Positions 1 through 12,006 of a stretch of DNA of 13,724 bases are shown here, one piece after another (the stretch's first letter is position 1; every line of letters begins with the position of its first letter). Position numbers and translations under genes: made by a program. Below the pieces are notes generated by a model. It was not told the DNA's origin. It searched no databases and saw only the letters and a program-made list of their open reading frames with translations. The DNA is from Chthoniobacteraceae bacterium (GTDB taxonomy: Bacteria > Verrucomicrobiota > Verrucomicrobiia > Chthoniobacterales > Chthoniobacteraceae), in contig JBEBGD010000131.1 of assembly GCA_040081625.1 (NCBI GenBank), forward strand, positions 1-13,724, given 5' to 3'.

Positions 1-190
1 CCGCCGGTGTCAGCCGTCCACTCAACCGACGGCGGTGGAGCGTAGCGCGCCCGATACCGAGACGGGTGGCGAGTTGCTCAAGTGGCAGGCCAAGCTGCTC
101 TTGCAGCAATTCTACCGCGGCGAAGGGCAGCCCACTTTGCACGGCGGAGTGCGCGGCGTAAGGCGTGTGCGGGGTTTCCTGTAGTTTCAT
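1..190 (-). CDS. Type II toxin-antitoxin antitoxin, Xre/MbcA/ParS (DUF2384-like) family, N-terminal part; runs off the window's left edge
   Basis: Not in the ORF track. Manual translation from ATG at 190 gives MKLQETPHTPYAAHSAVQSGLPFAAVELLQEQLGLPLEQLATRLGIGRATLHRRRLSGRLTPA, open to the edge. The GLP...L...LG....LA..LGI..ATLHRR...GRL pattern is the Xre-like HTH of RES-Xre antitoxins. A palindromic operator lies just upstream. Confidence 0.85.
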   Translation of the reverse strand, partial: MKLQETPHTPYAAHSAVQSGLPFAAVELLQEQLGLPLEQLATRLGIGRATLHRRRLSGRLTPA

Positions 191-216
191 TTGATACCCA
201 AACTTGTATCATATGA
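187..216. promoter_or_regulatory. Inverted-repeat operator overlapping the antitoxin start, probably autoregulatory
   Basis: TCATTTGATAC (187-197), an 8-bp spacer, then GTATCATATGA (206-216): 11-bp arms with one mismatch. It contains TCATTTGA (187-194) and the perfect palindrome TCATATGA (209-216), 22 bp apart. Confidence 0.7.
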
Positions 217-229
217 CTCCGTCCGTCAA
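201..229 (-). promoter_or_regulatory. Putative sigma70 promoter of the antitoxin gene
   Basis: Minus strand TTGACG (229-224), 17 bp, then CAAGTT (206-201), in an AT-rich patch. The operator overlaps the spacer and -10. The -10 is non-consensus. Confidence 0.45.
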
Positions 230-299
230 TTGCTCTTTTCTCAAAGCTGATCGGTCCACAGACCGCCAGAAGCGTCGTCGGATTTGTCGCGGCAATTTT

Positions 300-2138
300 C
301 TACGGCGCTGCCTGCCACTCGACAACACCTGGCAGGCCATCGGCATCGCGAAGCGAGTGCTGCCCGAAGGCTTGCCGCGATTTTTGCAGGATCACACCGC
401 GCACGATCGCGGGCGCCCCGCCGGCGGGATTCGGGAAACCGGCGCGCGTCAGAAATCCGGTGCGCGGATCGACCCGCGCGGCAAATCCGTTCGCGGGATC
501 GGTGATGACTCCACGCGGCGACAAGGTGAGCGCGAGATTCAGCGGAGCGGTGAGGGCGCCACCGCCCAGCGCGCCGGTGGCAATCGCGTAGTCGATCAGC
601 GGCACGGGAGTGAAGCGCGAAGCTCGGAATGGGAGGGTGGTGAGCGGCGGCTGGTTCAGGGAGCCCGTGGCATCATAGCCCGGCTCCGGCGTGGTGAAAT
701 AGACGCTGCCTGCGAGCGGGGTCGTGGATGTCTCGGCGAAGAACGGCCACTCGCCGATCGTGTTCAGGCCACCGGCTGCGGCGATCGATTCGCCCAGCGT
801 CCATCGTCCGGTGAAACGGACCGCGCCCGTTTTCGAGACGACGAGCGAGCCGCAGCCGTGCGCGCCCGGCGACGGCACGACGATGGCGGCGGTGTAGCGG
901 CCGGCAAACGGACGTGCAGCGACTGCGCTGGCACGCGGCAGGGCGTTGCCAAAGTGACTCTGCCCCACCGGCGATCCGGGCGTGACGACGTAGAGTTCGA
1001 TGGCGATCTGATGCAGATCGAAATCGAGGACCGACGAGAGCTGGTAGTTGAAAGTAGCCGGCGCGGCCGGGTCGCGATCAAGGACGCTGCGCGTGGTCGT
1101 CTTGGAAAGGCCCGCATTTCCAAAGTGGCCGAGGAATGCCACGCCACTGCGCGACGCGCCCGAAGATTGAAACTTCGCCGTGAACAGCCCCGTGCTCAGC
1201 AGGCGGAGTTGCAGCCGGCTTCGAATCGCGCCGCTGTTGAGCGTCCCTTCGTAGCTACCCGCGAGCGCTCGATACGGACTGGGAATGAATCGCGCCTCCA
1301 CCCGCAGATCGGCCGGCATGAAGAACGTGAACGCGAGATCGCGCTCAGTGAAACTCGACGTTCCCGTGACCTGCCAGCCGGCAAAGACAAACCCCGGCAG
1401 CGGTCGCGCAGAAAGCGTCAGCGACTCGCCTTGCGGCACGTGATGCACTGCAGCCGCCAGCGGTTCCACCACTCCCGCTGCGGTGTCGTAGGTGATCTCG
1501 AGGCGCCCGGCGCCGATCGCACCGGGGTCGCTCACTTGCAGTGGCAGCATCGCCGTATCCTCTCCGTCCGCATTCTGCGCCGTCACGCCGACCGTCGCCG
1601 TGCCGGCGGCTTGTGGCGTGCCCGCGACTCTGCCGCCGCCGAGATCCTGCAAGCCCGCGGGGAGGTCGTTGAAAGCAATCGTCGTCGGATTTCCGCTCAC
1701 CGCGATCGTGGCGTCATAGGCCGTTCCCACCACGCCGCGCGGGAGCGCCGTCGAGAGAATGTGCGGCGTCGGCTTGAGGCGATAGACGAAGTTCAACTCG
1801 ATCCGCGCGCCGGGCGAAACCGTGAGCACGAGCGGCTTCGGAGTGAAGTATCCGTCGATGGCAGCAAACGTCAGCCGGTAGTTTCCCGCGTCGAGCGAGC
1901 GCGCGACGCCGCTCATCACGGGCTGCCCGGCGATCACGCCTTGTGCGCCGCGCTGCACGGCAGCCGCGGGGAAAAAGTTCACGATGACGGTGCCCGGGCC
2001 GACATTCGACTCGACGAGGAAAAAGCCGATATTCGGAGAGCCGGCGTTGCTGGTCGGGCGGGCGGGGCGCGATGTCTGCGCGTGCGCCGCCACGAGCGTT
2101 AGGGCCGAGATGAGAAGCCACTGAAGCATACGGCGCAT
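300..2138 (-). CDS. Secreted or surface modular protein: PEGA-like domain, putative Ig (He_PIG-like) domain, divergent InlB B-repeat-like domain, and a ~325-aa unassigned beta-rich C-terminal region
   Basis: The signal peptide MRRMLQWLLISALTLVAAHA|Q favours ATG 2138 (or 2129) over GTG 2192. PEGA-like segment GTVIVNFFPAAAVQRGAQ...LDAGNYRLTFAAIDGYFTP (~1994-1782). He_PIG-like segment PHILSTALPRGVVGTAY...LPAGL...GRVAGTPQAAGT (~1766-1533). B-repeat-like segment GESLTLSARPLPGFVFAGW...FMPADLRVEARF (~1505-1287). Domain names come from motif recognition, not a search. Confidence 0.75.
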   Translation of the reverse strand: MRRMLQWLLISALTLVAAHAQTSRPARPTSNAGSPNIGFFLVESNVGPGTVIVNFFPAAAVQRGAQGVIAGQPVMSGVARSLDAGNYRLTFAAIDGYFTPKPLVLTVSPGARIELNFVYRLKPTPHILSTALPRGVVGTAYDATIAVSGNPTTIAFNDLPAGLQDLGGGRVAGTPQAAGTATVGVTAQNADGEDTAMLPLQVSDPGAIGAGRLEITYDTAAGVVEPLAAAVHHVPQGESLTLSARPLPGFVFAGWQVTGTSSFTERDLAFTFFMPADLRVEARFIPSPYRALAGSYEGTLNSGAIRSRLQLRLLSTGLFTAKFQSSGASRSGVAFLGHFGNAGLSKTTTRSVLDRDPAAPATFNYQLSSVLDFDLHQIAIELYVVTPGSPVGQSHFGNALPRASAVAARPFAGRYTAAIVVPSPGAHGCGSLVVSKTGAVRFTGRWTLGESIAAAGGLNTIGEWPFFAETSTTPLAGSVYFTTPEPGYDATGSLNQPPLTTLPFRASRFTPVPLIDYAIATGALGGGALTAPLNLALTLSPRGVITDPANGFAARVDPRTGFLTRAGFPNPAGGAPAIVRGVILQKSRQAFGQHSLRDADGLPGVVEWQAAP

Positions 2139-2199
2139 TTGAATCCGCACCTTCGGATGGAAGCCTGCGCCAGCAAGCCCGAAATGGCTCACACGCAGC

Positions 2200-5100
2200 T
2201 CAGAATGTCAGCCGGCACCGCACCACGAGCGTCCGCTCGTGCGGCAGCTCGGCGTAGGGCGAGAGCGGCTCAAGCTGGTAGTCGGTGTCGAGCAGGTTGA
2301 GCACGCCGACGCTCAGCTCGCCGTGGTTGCGCGGGAAGCGGTAGCCGATGAACGCGTTGATCTGCCAGAAATCGTCACCGGGTTCTCCGGTGTTTCGTGG
2401 CTGGAGCGCAGGGCGCGGAAAGCCGTCGTTTTCCTGCTTCGTCCACAGCGCATCGGCCCGGGCGAAGGCGCCGCACTCGTGGCTCCACGTCGCGGCGAGA
2501 TCGAGTTGATGCAGCTCGCTGTCGCGGTGCTGGATCGCCGCGCCGGGGAAGCCGAGGAAGTCGGGGATCACATTCTGGAACTCACTCCACGTGACGCGAT
2601 ACGCTGCACCGAAGCTCCACCGAAGCCCGACGAGCTGGTTGAGCGTCGTCGTGAGCGTGCGCTCCTCGTAGTCGAGTTGCTGGTTCGATCCGGGGCCGCC
2701 GCGCGCGAGCAGCACCGGATCGCTGAAGTAGGCATCGAACTCGCCGAAGCGGCTGTCGCCTTCCTGCTTCACCGAAGTCCACTCCACGCCGAGATACGTG
2801 CCCGTCGGCAGCTTCGATTCCGCAGCGGCGCCGAGGATCTTGTATTGCGCCGCGCTCACGGAACCGGCGAGCGATTCATTGAGCAGCGTGCGGAAGCCCT
2901 GGTTGAAACCGGCGAGCTGCGTGGGTTCGAGCCGCGTGCTTTCATCGAGGCTCACGCCGCTGATCGCCTCGGCATATGCGCCGCGCAGCCGCAGCCACCG
3001 CGACGGCTCGAAGATCACGCCGGCCTTGGGCGACCAGTGCTGGATCTGTCGCGAGTCGTCGCGCAGCGGAGGCGAACGAAAGTGATCGGGATAGGTGAGC
3101 CGGTCGAAGGTGATGCCGCCGATGAGCGTGAGCGCGCGGGTGACGCGGAACGTGTCGTAGAGGTAAACATTCAGCCGCTCGAAATCACCGTCGAAGTCGT
3201 CGCGCGCCGCGGGGTCGGAGAAGGCATCCGATCGCACGAGCGCGTTGTCCTCGAGCACGCTGCGCACGTGGAAGGAACCCTCCTGATACCGCACGCCGGC
3301 GACGAGCGTGTGCGGCCCGAGCGCGATGATCTGCTGCAATTCGCCCGTGCCGATCTCGAGATCGAGATCGTAAGTCTCCCGCAACGGATAAGGCGGAAAC
3401 GTGCCGAGGAACCCGAAGCCGGGCCGCAGTTCGAGCGGCGTGGTGCCGCCGATATTCTCGAGCCGGTCGAACGCGAAGACATTCGCGGACGTGTCGAACC
3501 TGATCGTCTGCTCGCTCGCGAGCCGCCCCACGAGCGCGAGCGTCTGGACGCCGGGCGCCCATTCGTGACGCAGACCGACGAGCAGATCCCCGGGCTCCTG
3601 TTCCTCGTCGAGACGGAACGTCGGCGAGAGAGAGCGGTCGTCGTAGAGCTGGCGCGTGTCACCGCCGCGCAGGTTTTGCACGCTGGCCTGGAAGAAGATC
3701 ACGTCCCAAGGCGTGAGCTGGAATTTCAACTTCGCGTAGGTCTCGCCGAAGCGGCTCGTGTCGCTATTCGGTCGCCGCCCGGTGTCGTAGAAATAGTCGG
3801 TGTCGAAGCTGAAGCTGAAGTTCCCGTAAGTGCCGTAGATCGAGCCGATCTCGCGGAACTCGCCGGTCGAAAGATACTCGGTCACCGAGTTCACGCCCAT
3901 CCCGTCACTCTCGAACAGCTTCGAGTATTCCTGCTCGGACACGTATTGGCTGAGCGGCCCGCCGCCGACGGGCGAAAGCAGATTCGCGAGCAGCATCTCG
4001 CTCACGAACGGTGTCTCGTAGCGCAGCACGATGCGGCGCGGATCGCGCAGCGCGTTGTAGCTGTTCGCGAGAAAAAGGTGCGCGCTCGCGCTGGCGTAGT
4101 CGGCGTTCACGGCGCGTGTCGCTTCGCGCACGGCGACGTCCTGCATGCCGTTGAGTTGGTAGATGCTCGCGAGGTTTGCGCCGCGCACCGCCTTGTCCTG
4201 ATCGAGCAGGAATTGGCTGCGGAAGATCCGGCGGTTGTCGTTCAGCTCGACGGATTTTTCGAGGTCGCGCACCGCGGTGTTGAGCCGGTTCTCCTGCTTG
4301 TTTTGGAGCGCGCGATAGAGCCACGGCGTCGGGTCGTTTGCGTCGAGTTCGATCGCTCGATCGAGGTCGCGCATCGCGCGCGGGTTGTCCCCCGCGTTGC
4401 TCCACGCCTTGCCGAGGTAGCTTCGGAAAAGGGAGCGGTTCGGTTCAAGCGCGGCGGCGGCTTGCAATTCCTGCCGTCCGCCATCGGCGTCGCCCTTGCG
4501 GATGCGCGTCAATCCGCGTCCGAGCCACGCGTTCCCGTAGGACGGATCGAGCGCGATGGCTTCCTCGAACGACTGCCGCGCGGCGGCGATCGAATTCTGC
4601 GCGGCCAGCACGAAGCCGCCGAGAGACGCGGCGTGACCACTGCGCGGCGTAAGCACGCGACCCTTCTCCAGCGCACGCAGCGCCTCGCGCACGCGCCCAA
4701 AGCTGAACTCCAGCTCCGCAAGCCGCGTCCATGCGTAGCCGCTCTGCGGCGCAAGCTCGGTCGCCTTGCGCGCGGACTCCCGCGCCGACTCGAGTCTTGC
4801 GTGCGACTGCTCGTAGTAGGACTTCGCGAGCGCATCGCTCGCCGTCGTGCCGCTCGCCTCGACCTCGGTGAAGTTCACCGCCGCGATCAGCACCCGCAGA
4901 GCGTCTGCGCCCGGCGTCCCGCGCGGCACGCGTGCGAGCACTCCCTCCGCCTTTCGCACCTGTCCCGCGGTGAGGTAGATCGCAGCCGCATACACGCGGC
5001 CCGACGGCGAGGACACCGCGCCTTCGCCGGGGAAGGCGCGCAGCGCGCCCGGCAGATTCCCGAGCCGATACGCGGAGAGCGAACGCGAGAGCGCGTCATT

Positions 5101-5718
5101 CTCCGAGCCCGTGAGCCGGAGGTCTTCGAGTTGCACGACACCGGGATAATAGAGGCACCACTGGATGATGTTCTTCGCCTCGACCATCGCCGTCTTGCGC
5201 GGCGCGCGCCCCGGTTCGATCTCGACCTGCTCCCCGCTGCGCGCCGTCACACGCCCCGCGCCATTGCCGATGTCCACTTCCCCCTCGAACATCGTGATCG
5301 TCGTCTTCCCCCCGGCGACCGCGAGGTGAAACTCCGTGCCGCGCAGAATCCCGTTCGCGCTCGGAGTGCGGACCCGGATTTCCTCCGGCCGCTCGCGGCT
5401 CAGAAAGTAGGCCGCGCCACCGACCAGATCGAGCCCCGGCCCCTTCGCGCCGCCGCTTGGCGGCAGGATGCTCACGCTCGTGAGTTCGTTGACGCGCAGC
5501 ATCGCGTTGTCAGTCAGGCGCACGAGCGCGCGGCTGAGCGCGCCGGTGCGCAGGCGATCATTGACGGCGAGCTGCTGGCCGATTTCCGCAGCAGTCCACG
5601 CGGCGCTCGGTTTCGAGAAAGTGACGATGTTTTGCTTCTCAAGGATCTGCGCAGTCTGGGCGAAGGAAGCGCTCAGCGAGCACAGCGAGAGAGCCAGCAC
5701 GAGGGAGCGCGATTTCAT
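2200..5718 (-). CDS. FecR-domain / TPR / TonB-dependent-receptor-like beta-barrel outer-membrane protein (NsrA-like architecture)
   Basis: Signal peptide MKSRSLVLALSLCSLSASFA|Q from ATG 5718 (alternative GTG 5730). FecR motifs DRLRTG..SRALVRL.D and VRTPSANGILRGTEF...TMFEGEV (~5570-5270). Several TPRs such as ARKATELAPQSGYAW, FEEAIALDPSYGNAWLGRG and LDRAIELDANDPTPWLYRA (~4850-4230). Amphipathic beta-strand region (~3900-2200) ending LVVRCRLTF, with the terminal Phe typical of BAM substrates. Confidence 0.85.
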   Translation of the reverse strand: MKSRSLVLALSLCSLSASFAQTAQILEKQNIVTFSKPSAAWTAAEIGQQLAVNDRLRTGALSRALVRLTDNAMLRVNELTSVSILPPSGGAKGPGLDLVGGAAYFLSRERPEEIRVRTPSANGILRGTEFHLAVAGGKTTITMFEGEVDIGNGAGRVTARSGEQVEIEPGRAPRKTAMVEAKNIIQWCLYYPGVVQLEDLRLTGSENDALSRSLSAYRLGNLPGALRAFPGEGAVSSPSGRVYAAAIYLTAGQVRKAEGVLARVPRGTPGADALRVLIAAVNFTEVEASGTTASDALAKSYYEQSHARLESARESARKATELAPQSGYAWTRLAELEFSFGRVREALRALEKGRVLTPRSGHAASLGGFVLAAQNSIAAARQSFEEAIALDPSYGNAWLGRGLTRIRKGDADGGRQELQAAAALEPNRSLFRSYLGKAWSNAGDNPRAMRDLDRAIELDANDPTPWLYRALQNKQENRLNTAVRDLEKSVELNDNRRIFRSQFLLDQDKAVRGANLASIYQLNGMQDVAVREATRAVNADYASASAHLFLANSYNALRDPRRIVLRYETPFVSEMLLANLLSPVGGGPLSQYVSEQEYSKLFESDGMGVNSVTEYLSTGEFREIGSIYGTYGNFSFSFDTDYFYDTGRRPNSDTSRFGETYAKLKFQLTPWDVIFFQASVQNLRGGDTRQLYDDRSLSPTFRLDEEQEPGDLLVGLRHEWAPGVQTLALVGRLASEQTIRFDTSANVFAFDRLENIGGTTPLELRPGFGFLGTFPPYPLRETYDLDLEIGTGELQQIIALGPHTLVAGVRYQEGSFHVRSVLEDNALVRSDAFSDPAARDDFDGDFERLNVYLYDTFRVTRALTLIGGITFDRLTYPDHFRSPPLRDDSRQIQHWSPKAGVIFEPSRWLRLRGAYAEAISGVSLDESTRLEPTQLAGFNQGFRTLLNESLAGSVSAAQYKILGAAAESKLPTGTYLGVEWTSVKQEGDSRFGEFDAYFSDPVLLARGGPGSNQQLDYEERTLTTTLNQLVGLRWSFGAAYRVTWSEFQNVIPDFLGFPGAAIQHRDSELHQLDLAATWSHECGAFARADALWTKQENDGFPRPALQPRNTGEPGDDFWQINAFIGYRFPRNHGELSVGVLNLLDTDYQLEPLSPYAELPHERTLVVRCRLTF

Positions 5719-5782
5719 ATTCGCGGCCACGGGTAGCGGGCGGCGAACCGCGACGCAAAGGTAATGAACGTCAGCCGGAGCC

Positions 5783-7267
5783 TTACGGCAGATCCGTCCG
5801 CCCCATGAGGTAGCGGTCGCACTCGCGCGCGGCCTCGCGGCCCTCGTTGAAGGCCCACACGATGAGGCTCTGGCCGCGGCGGCAGTCGCCGGCGGCGAAG
5901 ATGCCGGGGATGCTCGTGGCGTATTTGCCGTAGTCGGCCTTCACGTTCGTGCGTGCGTCGCGCTCAATGCCTAGTGAGTCGAGCAGCGGCTGCTCCGGGC
6001 CGAGGAAGCCCATCGCGAGCAGGACGAGTTGCGCGGGGAGCACGCGCTCGGTGCCGGGGATGTTCTTCGGCGTGAACTGGCCCTTCTCGTCGCGGGTCCA
6101 TTCGACTTGGACTGTATGGACGGCTTTGACGTGGCCGGTTCCGTCGTCCTCGAATTTCGTCGCGGTGGTCACATACACGCGCGGGTCGTCTCCGAATTTC
6201 GCGGCGGCTTCCTCCTGGCCGTAGTCGAGCCGATAAACCTTCGGCCATTCGGGCCACGGGTTGTCGTTCGCACGATCCTGCGGCGGCTTCGGGAGAATCT
6301 CGAGCTGCACGAGCGAGCGGCAGCCGTGGCGCATCGAGGTGCCCACGCAGTCGGTGCCGGTGTCGCCGCCGCCGATGATGACGACGTCCTTGCCGGTCGC
6401 GTCGATAAAGTCGCCGTTCTTGTGGCTGTCGAGGATCGACTTCGTGTTCGCGGTGAGGAACTCCATCGCGAAGTGAACGCCCTTGAGCGAGCGGCCTTCG
6501 ATCGGGAGATCGCGCGGCTTGGTCGCGCCGGTCGCGATGACGGTGGCGTCGAACTCCTTGAGCAGTTTCTCGGCGGGAAAGTTCACTCCGACCTCGGTGT
6601 TGCACGCGAACTTCACACCCTCGTCTTCGAGCAGCTTGATGCGGCGCAGCACGACCGATTGCTTGTCGAGCTTCATGTTCGGGATGCCATACATCAGCAG
6701 CCCGCCCGGACGATCCGCGCGTTCGAAGACTGTGCAGGTGTGTCCGGCTTTGTTGAGTTGCGCCGCGGCGCAAAGGCCAGCCGGACCGCTGCCGATGATC
6801 GCGACCTTCTTGCCAGTGCGGACCTTCGGCGGCTCGGCGACCACCCAGCCTTCATCCCAACCCCGATCGATGATCGAGACTTCGATGTTCTTGATCGTGA
6901 CCGGCGGCGCGTTGATGCCGAGCACGCACGAGCCTTCGCACGGCGCGGGGCAGACGCGGCCGGTGAACTCGGGGAAGTTGTTCGTCTTGTGCAGGCGTTC
7001 GAGCGCTTCCTTCCACAGCCCGCGATAGACGAGGTCGTTCCACTCGGGGATGAGGTTGTTGATCGGGCACCCGCTCGCCATGCCGCTGATGAGCGTGCCG
7101 GTGTGGCAGAATGGAACGCCGCAATCCATGCAGCGCGCACCCTGCGATCGGAGTTTCCCTTCCTCCATGTGAAGGTGGAACTCATCCCAATCGCGCAACC
7201 GTTCGAGCGGCGCGCGGTCAGCGGGAAGTTCGCGGAGGTATTCGATGAAGCCGGTTGGTTTTCCCAT
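5783..7267 (-). CDS. gltD: Glutamate synthase small (beta) subunit
   Basis: MGKPTGF N-terminus. Fe-S motifs [10 protein letters not shown]...GCP and [15 protein letters not shown] motif IIGSGPAG, pyridine-nucleotide motif [11 protein letters not shown], and C-terminal [16 protein letters not shown]. Lies 11 bp downstream of gltB. Confidence 0.98.
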   Translation of the reverse strand: MGKPTGFIEYLRELPADRAPLERLRDWDEFHLHMEEGKLRSQGARCMDCGVPFCHTGTLISGMASGCPINNLIPEWNDLVYRGLWKEALERLHKTNNFPEFTGRVCPAPCEGSCVLGINAPPVTIKNIEVSIIDRGWDEGWVVAEPPKVRTGKKVAIIGSGPAGLCAAAQLNKAGHTCTVFERADRPGGLLMYGIPNMKLDKQSVVLRRIKLLEDEGVKFACNTEVGVNFPAEKLLKEFDATVIATGATKPRDLPIEGRSLKGVHFAMEFLTANTKSILDSHKNGDFIDATGKDVVIIGGGDTGTDCVGTSMRHGCRSLVQLEILPKPPQDRANDNPWPEWPKVYRLDYGQEEAAAKFGDDPRVYVTTATKFEDDGTGHVKAVHTVQVEWTRDEKGQFTPKNIPGTERVLPAQLVLLAMGFLGPEQPLLDSLGIERDARTNVKADYGKYATSIPGIFAAGDCRRGQSLIVWAFNEGREAARECDRYLMGRTDLP

Positions 7268-7278
7268 GGTCGAAATGT

Positions 7279-11871
<4,593 letters not shown>

Positions 11872-11875
11872 TAAA

Positions 11876-11948
11876 GGCCCGCTCGATGCCCTCGGGCGGA
11901 TGTCGGCAGTGTATTTCAGACAGCCGCCACGAAGTAAAAAAGCGGGCC
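11876..11948 (-). promoter_or_regulatory. Candidate structured 5' leader of gltB (three-way junction)
   Basis: The perfect 8-bp inverted repeat GGCCCGCT (11876-11883) / AGCGGGCC (11941-11948) encloses two hand-folded hairpins (11902-11930 and 11888-11897). It ends 4 nt before the GTG start. Confidence 0.35.
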
Positions 11949-11949
11949 G

Positions 11950-11995
11950 CTATTTGCGGGAGACTTGCGAGGTGTCAAGCCCCGCCACGTGTCAA
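11950..11995 (-). promoter_or_regulatory. Putative gltBD promoter region with two TTGACA hexamers
   Basis: TTGACAC occurs twice on the minus strand (11995-11989 and 11978-11972), 17 bp start to start. No convincing -10 was found; AAATAG lies 17 bp after the proximal copy. Confidence 0.45.
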
Positions 11996-12006
11996 TCTCG
12001 CCTTCC

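Noticed and set aside
252..265. Hairpin CGGTC-CACA-GACCG downstream of the secreted-protein gene
   Set aside because: A 5-bp stem with no adjacent U-tract is too weak to call a terminator.
204..2102. 632-aa plus-strand ORF
   Set aside because: Arg-rich shadow of the minus-strand secreted protein, which has a signal peptide and recognisable modules.
2239..5736. 1165-aa plus-strand ORF opposite the receptor gene
   Set aside because: Antisense shadow that coincides with a well-supported minus-strand gene and has no recognisable domains.
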